DNA of 64,000 nucleotides from Haplodiscus bocki (Eukaryota): NCBI GenBank assembly GCA_965655095.1, contig OZ296649.1, positions 112,840,001 to 112,904,000 of the forward strand, read 5' to 3'. Shown piece by piece: positions 13,070 to 25,034 of this stretch (position 1 is its first letter; each line of letters starts with the position of its first letter). The notes under the pieces were generated by a model. It saw only the letters and a program-made list of their open reading frames with translations, ran no database searches and was not told where the DNA came from. The position numbers and the translations under genes were made by a program.

Positions 13070-16000
13070 GATATAATTATCTCGAGGGAATTATCTCCAA
13101 AACAAGTATCTGGAGTCCACTTTAATCTGCCCGGAATAGAGTTTAAAAATCCTCCAAATTCACTCTGTTATGGTTGCTTCAACCAAATAATCTCTACCCT
13201 CACTCATATCAGATCTTGACGATTTGACTACCCTATACAATGTATTTTAATGCCACAAGTGCCCGTTGTTGAAAGTATTCACCTGAAGACTCTCAAATCA
13301 CATTTACAACAGGCTCTACTTTCCAACCTAATCGACACGCTATCAACTGGTTGATCTTTCATCAACACATTGTGCACCCGGTCTGAAAAAAATCTTCCTA
13401 TCCTGATGGAAAACAATAACAACCACCAAATTACGCTTCCTAGGCAAGAATTGCATTCTCTCCTGTAGATGTACTGGATCGTTAAGAAACAAAATACCAG
13501 ATCCGGAAACCCTACGAATTAACAAATGCCATCATTTCAACCGACGAACGCTATAATGTTTGTTTCTTTTTGCATTCTACAATCCCTTCTCAGTCTGGCG
13601 ATGACTTCCCACAGATTGTGTAAGGAATTGAAAGTTCAATTATTCGGCAACGCAATTCAATCAGGCATTGCATCTCAGCTAATGCTAAAATGAGTGAAGG
13701 ATTTGCTGATTTCCTTCCTCTTAAAAATCCTGGCTTTCGCCCAACTTGCAAAAAAGCAAAACTCCTTATGGGACAAGTATTCCTCTTTTGGGATTCTACC
13801 GGCAGACGCTATTTTTACAATCTCGTGAGAAAAGAACGATTCTTTGACAAACCGGACTTATCTACTCTTCTGACTTTTCTCGAAACAATGAGGTCCCACG
13901 CAACAATGTACGGAGTTTCCAAAACTGCTATCCGGAAGATTGTTTGCGGATTGGACCAGATGAACTGGCAGGAAGTTGTAAAACTGCTGCCTGATATTTT
14001 TGCCTATTCCGATATCCATGTCGTGGTATATGCTCTCAAAAGTCACGGTGTTCACGCAATGTCATCAGAAGGTGACCTTGAGTTCTGTGCCGAGGATGAA
14101 ATACAACGGTATATTGAAGAATTCTATCTTGATGAAAAAAATCTAGAGACGAATTTTACGAAAGATTCAAACTTTTGCCAACCTACATGTGATGAATAGT
14201 TTCCTATATTACGCGAAAAAGATCTCAACAACCGACTTATCGAACACTACTTGCAGTATCAACCAAACGAAATCGTGGATTACATAAAGGAGTTTGATTT
14301 CCAGTACTCAGACATTACTGATGAAGAAATGACTCTTCTCATTGATATGCTACTTGCTTCTCGGGATGTTTACTCTCGACACAAGTTTTATGTGGGTAGG
14401 ACGCGCCAAAAGTTTCTTGTTACACTAAAACCTTTACATTTGAAAGAAGAGCTGGAAAAAGTCCTGACACAGCTAAAAGACGCAGATATATTTCAAAAAA
14501 TGCGAGACGACGACGAAACGCGGTCATTTTTTGTCATTCCCATCATTCTGATGCCGAAAAATGATTACGTTAAACTCGTTATCGATGCCTGGTACCTCAC
14601 CTCAGTGATTGATCCCACCATTTTTTCTTGGCCACTGGAACCTGTGCAGATGATAATGACTAGAGTAAATGGTAAAATCTTCCCTGTTATCGATTTGTCT
14701 TGCGCCTTCCATCAAGTGCCTTTGAGCCCGGAACCTCAGAAACTTGAAAGTTTTGTCATTAGTGGACGACAATTTATCTACGCTCGCGGTTTCAATGGTC
14801 TATGCCGAATCCCTAAAGTCTTCAGTCGATTGATGACAATTGAGTTTCATCCCCTCATCGAGAAGAAGCAAGCCATAACGTATATTGATGATACGATCAT
14901 GCAATCACGAAACAGAAACGAGATGTTCACTATCATAATTGAATACCATACTCTTCACTGCAAAGTTGGTCTCAAGGCCAGCCCCGATAAAACGTTCTTT
15001 TTCTTGAAGAAACTGAAATTTTTTCGCCACGTCATTTTTCCAGATGGAATACAACCTAATGCAAAACGAGTAAAGGACTTAAAGAAGTTGAAATCCCCCG
15101 AATGTAAACGTGATTTATTGAAAGTAATGGGTTGCCTCGGACTTTACAGTTGCTATATAAAAAAACTCCACGTGGATAGTTAACCCTTCTTTGATTTGAT
15201 TAAAGACTCAACATTTTTCCATTGGACAGACGAACACGAAAGACTTTTTTCAGTCAATCAAAGATAGAATCAGTGAAGGAACTACACTTGCCGTCACTTC
15301 CACAGATTACCCTTTCCAAATTCACGCTGACTCCTCTGATGTTGGTACTGGTTGTATTTTAAATCATTAATTCCCGGAAGGAGAATTGAAGTATATCCTT
15401 CAACTCACGCGTATTTGATAAAGCTGAACAAAAAATGTCTACACTCCACAGAGAACTTTGTGGAATTGTCTCTAACTTACATACCTATGATTATTACATT
15501 ATTGGTTCTCCGTTCCCGATCTATCTCTATTGTGACCACAAACCAATTCTGTACTTATGGGGACGCAAGCGACAACTCTCCCACCGATTCTTCCGCTATC
15601 AAGTTATCATCACAAAGTTTCGGAAATTGGAAACCATTTGGACCCCTGGATCAAACCTCGCCTTCCCTGACATTCTTAGCAGGAATGTAACCCTAGAGGG
15701 ATAACAAAAACACCAGTTACAACATAAAAAGATACCTTGAGATGCTGAGTTTTTTGCCGAAAATGGTAACCCAGTATTTTACAAAATTCAACACGGAGAC
15801 AATCCACGCGACACTTGTAATGACTTCTACCCAACACATCGCCAACAAGGAAATGTTGAAAGAATTCTTAGATTACAAGGCGACGGTGAGAGTTATACGC
15901 TGAACAGTATCAGCAACGATTTCCCGACTCTATCAGCCCAATCTGCTGCAGACTGTTTCTGTATGGGCAAGACTATTAACCAATTGCTTGTGCTATCCCT

Positions 16001-18202
16001 TATCCTTTCCACCAATTTTACATGAAAACTCTGATTCAACTTACAGCTCTATCAGCGCTTTAAATACTGAAGAAGCAGAATGCAAAACATGAAACGTAGT
16101 CACAGTACCCACTGATCAAACAGAAGATGACGAGGAAGAGGACGAAGACCTTCTTTTTTTCAGAATAAACACCAGCATTGATCACTATCGGCTGAGTAAA
16201 GCAAAAACATTTCACGATCCTGTAATAGGAAAAATCGGCGCATCATTAGCGAAGAAACCACTCATCGTTTCTGAAGCTCCTCATCTGGACACGAAAGCAC
16301 TTTTATCTAAATAAGACGAATTTGCTAAAAGTGTGGACCTACTATTCTAGCTGAACAAATCGGGGACACCGTTCTCGGAACTGTACGTTCCTGGGTGCGC
16401 AAACAGATATCTCCTGATGTTAAATCACTTGAGGTTCAACAATCAAATGGCCTAGTACGATATTGCCAAAAAATTGACAGGCTTCTCATTGAACCTGAAG
16501 GCTAAATACTTTTCAATAACAAGCCATCAGAAAAATTGGGCGAGGAAAACCTGAGAATTTGCTTTACCTTATCTCCTTACCTAGCTTGCTTTAGCCGCGG
16601 ACCTTACAATGAAATGGGTGGACATATGGGAGCAACTAAAACCTACGCCAATGCTGAACGTTTTTTTACTGGCCTGGAATGTTTGACCGGATTTGCGCCC
16701 TTACAACCCATTGTATAACTTGTCAGAACAACAGACCCAAGCCGAAACACAGGAATGAAGTTCCTCTAGAGGAATGGCAGAATGATACCATACCATTCCG
16801 TACAGTACATTTTGATCATAAAGGACCTCTTCATCCACCAAGCAACTGCAATCTTCATTGTCTGTTAGTTATCAATGCGTTCTCTCGATTTCTTATGGTA
16901 TATCCGGGTATCAACACCAGCGCTCAAGCAACGACTGCTGCTGTTGAAAAATGGATCCATTCCTTTAGAATCCCCAAATCTATCATACACGATCGAGGCA
17001 CCGCCTTCATCAACACTGACTTTATCAATTGGACAAAAGAAATTGGAATCTCTTTGCGGCCACGAACAGCTTATTCCCCATGGACAATTGGCAGAATGGA
17101 GACGCAAAACCAACACATCGCTCGGTATTGGCGAAAGTTTTTGAATGATGCTAGACCTAATTGGTCTACCTTAGCACCCAAGTTTTCTTTTGCTCATAAC
17201 ACTAGTGCGATTTACACAACTGGGAACACCCCATACGAGATAGTCTTCGGAACGAAACCACAAAAACCAATGTCATTGAAAAATGGTCTCGACCGGAGTA
17301 AACAGGAAGTCTGTTGTTCAGAGTTTTCCAAAGACCTACCCTCACATCCTCATAGTGAGATCAATATGAAAAATTGTTTATTAGACAAGCTTCTTAAACG
17401 ACAGCTTTCTCAAGCGCTTGTGAAACGCGAACGAGATTTCAAGCGAGTTGATTCTGCCACGTTTGAGGCGAACAGACAGCACGATCACATGCATATCGCA
17501 GCAGATTAAAATTGAGACATTACCTTGCCACTGGCCAAAAAGTCATGTATAAAAATCATCGACAAGATTTGTCCAAAAGTCAGAAACATCAACAACGGCG
17601 ATTGGGACGCTTCATAATGACAAAACAAATCACGAACGCCACTTACCAGATACAGGACGATAGAGAACTCACAATACTCAAAGCAGTCCGTGGAAACCCT
17701 TTAGTTGAGTACTATCCTGAAGAAGTATCCCTGCCCCATTGATTGGAGAATATGTTCCTTCAGACGCACACCATGATGACTCTTATGAACGATTCGTGGA
17801 ACGACGGGTACAACAGCTAAATGGTCCAAAAGAAACCGCAACAGATGATTCAATTCCCGTCTTTATAGTGCCTTTATCTTCAGCACCAACTGTTCTCCTG
17901 ACGAAACGAATCAATAACACAAGTGGTGATTCGGTGTCAACTTTTCTCCAACTTTTTCGCCTACCATACCCTTACAGCCAATCAATCATTCACCTCAGAC
18001 ACCCACATTGAAGCCTTCCACATCACACATAATAACTTCTGCAATACCGCCTAGTCAGCCCCTTACTCCTATTTAGCGATTGATTCACCATAATACCCGG
18101 AAGTATCAAAACAAAGAACCCGAAAACCATCGATCTCAGACAGATCCTCCTGACTCAGAATCAGTACTACGTACGCGAACTCGCCGAGGCTATAAACTCT
18201 AA
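13070..18202 (+). pseudogene. pol: Element B pol: protease C-terminal remnant, macrodomain, RT, RNase H, integrase; many stops and frameshifts
   Basis: RT motifs KLVIDAWYL, IDLSCAFHQVPL, YIDD; RNase H IHADSSDVGTGC; integrase GHMG...CITC, HFDHKGP, IHDRGTAF, METQN. RT-RH-IN order indicates Ty3/gypsy. Confidence 0.92.
13624..14037 (+). other. TARG1/OARD1-type macrodomain within element B pol, N-terminal to RT
   Basis: NSIRHCISANAKMSEGFA...RRYFYNLVRKERFFDKPDLSTL...MRSHATMYGV...KIVCGLDQMNWQEVVKLL..IF...IHVVVY aligns by eye with OARD1 SLAHCISEDCRMGAGIA...YYLITKKRASHKPTY...MPRIGCGLDRLQW. Confidence 0.88.
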
Positions 18203-18357
18203 AGCTTAGTACCTCTCTAATGATTTTGATTATGAACATCCAGTTCACTTATTCAACAAATTATGCTGCGTTCTTAATCATAATCTTCGCCAAATTTTAC
18301 TTAGACTCTTCAACAACGTTATACTTCCCTCTTCATTGTTTTATATTCTAGAACCTC

Positions 18358-18865
18358 ATGCCTAAATGCAAAAACATTTATCCCAACAGTATTTGGATTG
18401 TCCCTCCTGAATGGCATCGTATGAACATTTTTTCTGCACTTCTCACTAAAGTTTTATTGGAACTATTCAATTGACATTGTTCGAGTTTGTGCCACCGCGA
18501 CTTCACCTACAGCTTTCAAACCTAATGTCAATCACAAATCCAATATTCTAATGGGCTGCGGGTCCAAAACCATGGGCAGCGTTTACGAACTCTTATGCCA
18601 CCATTCTGTCAAGTCTCCTGATCCGTTGCTCCATGAACTTCTCTCTTATCTCCTTACCCGCTTCTCCTCGCGTATTTTCGACTATATTGTCTATGAAGAT
18701 TCGGATGATGACCCGTATTGTTCCGACTCCAATTTATTTGCTTTTTACTCCGATGATGTTTGTGCAATTACAATATCAACGTACCAGCAAGCGGCACAGA
18801 CACTGAAGCAGTATAAAAGGATGTGGGACTCGCCCACACCAACAAGGGACTTCCTGAATCTCTAG
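18358..18865 (+). pseudogene. Unknown accessory ORF directly after pol of element B (frameshifted)
   Basis: ATG at 18358 (MPKCKNIYPNSIWIVPPEWHRMN...) joins by a probable frameshift to ORF 18551..18865; no recognisable domain. Confidence 0.35.
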
Positions 18866-19485
18866 TCGAGATCCAGGAAGCCACCCCGGCTAGCCAGGCC
18901 TCTAAACCCAGCAAGGAAGTCCGCCTTGGCCCAGACGCCAAAGAGCCGCACAAAATCCCGTCTTTCTCGATGTGTAGTGATACTAAACCCAGTAATAGCC
19001 GCTGACAATTGTTCTATTTTGAGTTCCCCAGAGCCACTCAAAACTGATCTCTGCCAATTTACACCACTGATGACCCGCAACACCAAAATTAATCTCTCTA
19101 GAATGGGCGGCTCCGGAACTATGAAGCCAGGACAATTGCTCCGCTCCAGCACAAAAGCCCTCCATCCTCTCAGCAAGATAATATCATGACGACTATACAA
19201 GATGAAATGCGAGTCCCCAATAAAATCATCTTCAAAACCATAATCAACTGGGGGCTCCTCATTGACAGGACCATCCTTACTATCATCATCATTATTTACA
19301 TTTTCCTCGTAAGACAAAGGCTCCTCGTACTCGACCTCTGACGAGGACTCCAAGCCGATTCCCAAAGGAATCTCTAGTCCAACCCGTGGAATTTTAGTTA
19401 CTGAAACTTCCGACGCGTTTGGTTCAATAGGACTTTCAGTAGTCTCAGGGAGTACATTTCTAGAAGAAGGTCCTGGCTGGTCCAT
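18862..19485 (-). CDS. Antisense ORF of element B (207 aa, acidic N-half)
   Basis: Uninterrupted frame MDQPGPSS...GGFLDLD; ATG is preceded by a polypyrimidine/AG acceptor-like sequence (ttcttttgtattgtAG-t-ATG), also kept in the duplicate at ~7064. Confidence 0.5.
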   Translation of the reverse strand: MDQPGPSSRNVLPETTESPIEPNASEVSVTKIPRVGLEIPLGIGLESSSEVEYEEPLSYEENVNNDDDSKDGPVNEEPPVDYGFEDDFIGDSHFILYSRHDIILLRGWRAFVLERSNCPGFIVPEPPILERLILVLRVISGVNWQRSVLSGSGELKIEQLSAAITGFSITTHRERRDFVRLFGVWAKADFLAGFRGLASRGGFLDLD

Positions 19486-20365
19486 ACTACAATACAAAAG
19501 AATCAGAATTGGAAACGACGACCCCCCTGTTCTTTTCCGGACTCCTTTGACACAATTGTCTGCTTCAATTTTCCTATTGGACACCTATTAACTCGCCAAC
19601 CAAAGCGCCTGCACAGGCCGAATTCAGGCCAACCTCCCTTAACCTTCCGAACCAACGCCTATCTTACGGACGAGACTCCTGTTTCTACCTTTCCCCCCCG
19701 GAAAGCCCTGCTACAGCAAGCGTAGCAGAAGGAAAAGGAGAGGCTCCAAAAGAAGACAACGCAGCATTAATTTTGTTTTGCTTTTCTTGAACAAATTTAC
19801 TCTTATAACCTAGTTTCAAATAGTGCTTCTTATATTACATATTACATACGATTAAATATATCATCCTAGCAGTGAATTAAACTGATGATTCAATTTTCAG
19901 ATTTGCTATGATCTAATGTATGTGGAGGTTGACGGTGAACTGACAAAATTGAAAAATCGAAATTAAGTCCGACTCAACAACTATCTTTATCCATACGACA
20001 ACAGAAAGGGGATTAGAGGAGGAATACAAGTTCTACTCTGACTCCCCAAACTACTATCACTTACGTAATCTGCTATCAGAAGATATCTACATACCCAGTG
20101 ATATCGTTTGCGGAAACAAAGGACACATAGTTTAAATTACAATCATTTTCCTACGGATCGACAATCAACTTCAAGAGGTATTGTGGGCCTAATATTCATC
20201 ACTGGAACAATGGATTTAATGGTGACAACCCAATCTACTAACAACGACCAGATAAAGATTTTCCTTTGTTCACCTTGATCAACTCATTATCCGTTCATTG
20301 AAGCAATACTCAAGAACCCTACCCCGAACCACGTTAAAAACCAGAACGGAAGTTTTTGAACGGAT

Positions 20366-20740
20366 TTGTTTGAAACCTCCCTGCGACGTGCCGCTGACAA
20401 CAAAGATATCTTGAGAATCAATCTTAGCTGCAAGTGGACACCCATTTCACTACAAGGAGAGCATATAATACCTACCATATTTTGGACTCCTGACGACAGC
20501 ACTCTTCACGTCGGAATTCAGGCAATTGAGACTTTACTCGCTGGGATATTAATCCCCATAATTATCCAAACAGAACAGTTCGCCAAGCTCTCTGCTCCTC
20601 TGAAGGCTTCAAAATTGGTCAAAGGAGAAAATCAAAGCTTGGACGATCTTCTGAATTTTATGGACACCAACCTTGGGGCATTGCACGAGTTGTCACTGAT
20701 CAATCTTCTACACGCTCTCGTTGGTCTAAACGACAACTAA
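20366..20740 (+). CDS. Element B accessory ORF with unknown W-x6-G-x3-I-x2-IFW domain
   Basis: 124-codon open frame (TTG start); motif pattern shared by eye with element A ORFs at 34116 and 34448. Confidence 0.55.
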   Translation: MFETSLRRAADNKDILRINLSCKWTPISLQGEHIIPTIFWTPDDSTLHVGIQAIETLLAGILIPIIIQTEQFAKLSAPLKASKLVKGENQSLDDLLNFMDTNLGALHELSLINLLHALVGLNDN

Positions 20741-21193
20741 ACCCATACTCTGGGCTGAAACGAATAGAAACTTTGTCAAACGGTAAAGCAGTGTGGAATA
20801 AGTAAACTCAGGGACGCAACGCTTACCAAAAAGGCTAATGAAGACGCCAATTCCGGATATGCTTTAACCACACAACCCAAATGGTAAAGGTTAGATAAAT
20901 TTACTTGGCAATTTTCTGACGAACTGCATTTAATCCATCGTCCCATTCTGACGAATTGGTTTTAGTCCAACGTCCCCATTTGACAATCTGGTTGCAGTAC
21001 AGCGTTTTTTTCTGGCGAAAGTGGTTTTAGTCCAGCGCCCTATTATAGAAATCTCGACGTCGTTTTTATAGTAGTCGACATCTAGCTGAATTTGTTCAGG
21101 CCTTACATTGTACCAGTGCCTCAGAACGTCGGCGCTGGTATACGGCTTTTTTAATAGCTATTCCTCTAAGAAAAAACCTCCACTGGTTCAACA

Positions 21194-22984
21194 GTGGTGA
21201 AGCTACTTTTACTTCAATTCCTCTTGTTTTATGACGAAGTAACTTTTCGTTTAGTTCCAGGCGCAGACCCCGTTGCCCCAGCATTTAAAGTGTATCACTT
21301 TGATTGCAGCTCAATGACAGAAAACTCACTTTGTGCCATAAATCAAGTACGGCCGTGTCATATCACACCTGAAGAAGTGGAAGTCAGCAAAGCCACAATA
21401 ACAATCTACACCAAACACTTTCGGAAAGAGCTAAACGCAGCCAAATGCCGCATCCAGCATCAACGTTAAAAAAGGCATTGTGGACATCTTGGCCACAGTA
21501 GCATTGACCACACTATTGCCGGAATGTCAAGCGATTTAGTTATTTCGCCAGAACGCTGCCGGACCCTTGCAAAAGGAGCTAGTATCAACTTACAAGGCCA
21601 CTGGATTAGAGCTGAATGGGATACCAAGACTCCTGTTCGTAAAATCTCTGGTTATCCAACAGGCTCAAACAAGAACCACTGTAAAACAAAAGGCTGACAT
21701 TCTCGGGATACTTTTATTATCCACATGCAAAAAACAACTCTGAAAATCACGATCGAAAACGGAAAAGTGTTAGCCGATATGGGATTGATTTCACTTTGTG
21801 CTCTAGAAGAACTTGGCTGTGAAACATTTTCACTCGATCCATTTGCTTTTAACAGGGTTTACCCCGATAATTGGTTACTTTCCATACTTGGTACATAAGA
21901 CGCCAACATGGTTAAGCAAGACAGGAAACACTACGTCAATACTGGAAAACACTCTACGTCAAAAATTGAGTCTGAAGTCAAGAATAATCCACAACGACGT
22001 TGTGGAAAAACCACGCCTAATTACACATCAAACTACGACTCGCTTTATATGGCTCGACTCAGTGAAGGTTTTGAATTGGAAACCGGAAGAAATCTTGGCC
22101 GCGAGAAGAATGGTGCAACTAGGATCCTTCAGTACTTGGGACCCCAAGCGAAAAACGATTTTGATAAACTTTATGCGCATAAACTTCAGCTGGAAGCAAC
22201 GCAGTTCAAACAAGAAGAAAAACCTCACAGTTGTTTGATAATGGCTTAAGAAATCCACCTCGGAACAAAGATAGACTATCCATTCTTCCAAAATTTAGGA
22301 CTCCTTAAAGCGACTGAGACACAGCTTTTCCAGAATCAATGTGAACAAGAACGTACCCAGATCCTCACTAATTTATTGCTAGTTCTCGAAACTCCTCTGT
22401 TAGCAGGCTATATGCTCACAGGAAACAAATCCATGATCTTGGAAACAGACGGCAGCCTTGCTTGGCTTTACCATTGTCCAATGTTTCACTCACCACTTCA
22501 TACGATGAGTCAGTGCTATGGTAGGGTACCCATACTCTAGGAAGGAGAAATTCGATTTGTCGATCCAATTACACGACAAATTTATCCTGATGCCGTCACA
22601 CAAAATTCTTCCGATAGAATCAAGAATCTTTTCCAACTTGATATGGATCAAGAAGACTCCTGGTATACACTTACGCCTGGTATAGTTCACCAGGACAAAC
22701 CTGCTGTATTTGGACCTAAAAAAGTCAGAGCGATGACTGCACAACCTCTCACTGGATCACAAGATGCAAGCATGTATACAAGAAGTGAACTTCGTGGATT
22801 CTGGGACAAAATCCATAATAATTGGGCTTCCAGAACTGCTTTAAATAAGTTTGCACAGAACCTAATAATTTATTGTAAACCTGAAGAGGGATCTGACGGG
22901 TTCCACTATTACACCCCAAGAACCGAAATCTATGTTGATAAAAAAATATCTCCAGAGTACTTCAAAAACCCTGAAGGTTTTTAG
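21194..22984 (+). pseudogene. env: Element B env: chuvirus/jingchuvirus-like (class III) glycoprotein, disrupted, transmembrane region apparently deleted
   Basis: Signal peptide KLLLLQFLLF, then FDCSS...RPC...AKCRIQHQR*KRHCGHLGHSS...ISPERCRTL, matching the YDC...C...CxV..R...CGxxSH...C pattern of chuviral G; Cys-rich ectodomain continues through stops and frameshifts. Confidence 0.7.
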
Positions 22985-23305
22985 TCCACAGTATCTCCAT
23001 TCGGTACAGTTGACAGTTGCAAAACTTCATCAGGATCTAGAGTCCGGAAAACTTGAACGCCAGACTCTACAGCTTCTAGTCCCCCAACCTCAGAAAGATG
23101 TGACGTTCACATAAAACATAATTATGAATCAGAAGGCTGGAACACTTCCAAAGCCATTCTCTATAGACCCTCCGAATGCGGGCACAGTAACGAACGCCTC
23201 AGCGCCCAAGACCCATGAGCTGTCACGAGCATTCGCTTCCCAGATCATCCTAATGGGCGACTCCATAACTCAAAAATCATTTGCTTTGCCTTCATCTCCT
23301 ACTAT

Positions 23306-24019
23306 TTGTCAAATAATTCGAATCTTCAGACGCTTCATTCAGCAGCATCCCCGGACAATATTTCCAAAGTCGACGCACTGGAAAAACAAACAAAAGATGA
23401 TCTCTCACGTCAGAAGTCAGTACTCTCAAGCATACAAAGTAATTACTCCTTTCTGTATGACAAGATTCGCCAACTGGAAGCTGGCTCCAACAATACAATC
23501 TTATGGCGGCTACCATCGGTACGGTTCATCTTCGATTCAGCAAAATCAGCCCATCGCCAGTCTAAATCTATTGATGATAAGACGACAGGTTAGTGGAGCC
23601 CTGTTTTCCGAACTCATCAATATGGCTACAGTTTCATCATCTGATTTCAATTTTATGGAATTGATCCTAGAGCCGGACATTTTGCAACACTCGTCTTCGT
23701 CTTCTTCCCTGGGGACTACGATGGTCTTTTACGACGGCCACTTCCTAAGTTTATTCTCTTAACGTCCGGGACAAGCTGGACCCACTCAATGCGTGGACAC
23801 AAAGGATTCAACCCACACCAGAACCCCCATTCAGACGACCAAGCACTTCTCTCAAAAATGAATCTTTCGCTGTTGCCCTCTACAAAGTTGCCCTCTAAAC
23901 TTGTCAGCGAAACTGTCGGATATGTTGTAAATGATACTTGTTATAATGAAATATCATTTTCTGACCCAATTGTGCAGAAATTATCTATTCAAAAACTTCT
24001 CTTTCTTCCCGTTCCCTAA
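23306..24019 (+). pseudogene. TRAF-like (coiled coil + MATH/TRAF-C) accessory gene of element B
   Basis: Coiled coil, then NNTILWRL...*WSPVFRTHQYGYSFII*FQFYG...GHFATLVFVFFPGDYDGLLRRPLP / LNVRDK...QP..PPFRRP / GYVVNDTCYNEISF, colinear with TRAF-C (LIWKI...FSPAFYTSRYGYKMCL...GxxDALLRWPF...LLDQ...FQRP...YVRDD). Confidence 0.8.
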
Positions 24020-25020
24020 AACTCCCCAATCAATTTTCATCCCTTTTAACTGGGGTGAGTTATCGCGTTGTGGCTACCGCTCAAACCTAATGAAAAATTG
24101 CAGTTTAATAGCTTTATACTAATGAAATTTTGAAACTAATCCAGGGTAATTCAGCCAAAAATGGGGAGCTCGAGATTTCTCAGATTTTAGATATACACCA
24201 AACATTATCAGTGCAGTTTGAGTATTTGGTAAAGATACAGGAAGTACGAGCTAATTAGGATTACGAAGGAAATAAATTTGACTCACCCAGCAGGAGTTCC
24301 TGAGCTGTCGCAAAGAAATATTTGGGTAGAAACACAAAACCCTGCTAAACCAGGAAATACGAGAGATAATAAGTTGAATATACCGACCATATGGCAGCAA
24401 AATTGGAGATTACGTTTGGGAAAAATTTTTTTACCGCCATCATGGCGAAGATGGGAGATTACGAGATTACTCGGGTGGAATTGCACAAATAGATGTTGAA
24501 AGTGAAGAAAAATTAAGTTTTCCAGTTTGCCCATAATTTACTATCAGCATTTTGGCCAGTGGGAATGGCATGTCGAACATGCGCTGTTCTCTTATTGGTG
24601 GCATGAAAAAACACCACGATGCCATTCTAAAGTCATTTGGCACGACCGAAGGAATTATTTGATCACTCACTCGCCTACCGCCAACAAATTGCTCTCTGTT
24701 TCTCTCTTCTCTCTTACTCTTAAAAAATTTGAAATTTCGTCTTTTCTTGCCTTTCTCGATCTTCGAAATTATTCGCAGTCAAGTTTTGACTGGGTCGCAA
24801 AATCGCTTTCTTCGGAATTTTTCTCAGTCAAATTCTGACTTGACTGCAAACGGTCATCAGCGAAAATGTTCAAACTCGAACTTTGATTTAGTCCGAAAAC
24901 CTCAATAATTCTGAAAAACCGCCGTTTCTCACCTCTTCACGCCGATGAAATGATCCTAAATCAAACACTGCTATCTGCAGGCGCTCTCCTATTGGACGAT
25001 CACTCGATTGCACCATTACT

Positions 25021-25034
25021 GGGTATAAATACCC
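25021..25034 (+). promoter_or_regulatory. TATA box in palindrome GGGTATAAATACCC within LTR B (second homologous copy at 25443-25455)
   Basis: TATAAATA with ATTGG (reverse CCAAT) at 24991 upstream and Inr-like TCATT ~25-30 nt downstream. Confidence 0.5.

Noticed and set aside
23124-23762. 212-aa ORF called by the track
   Set aside because: Its 3' two-thirds is an off-frame overlap of the TRAF-like frame; only the 5' part may belong to that gene via a frameshift.
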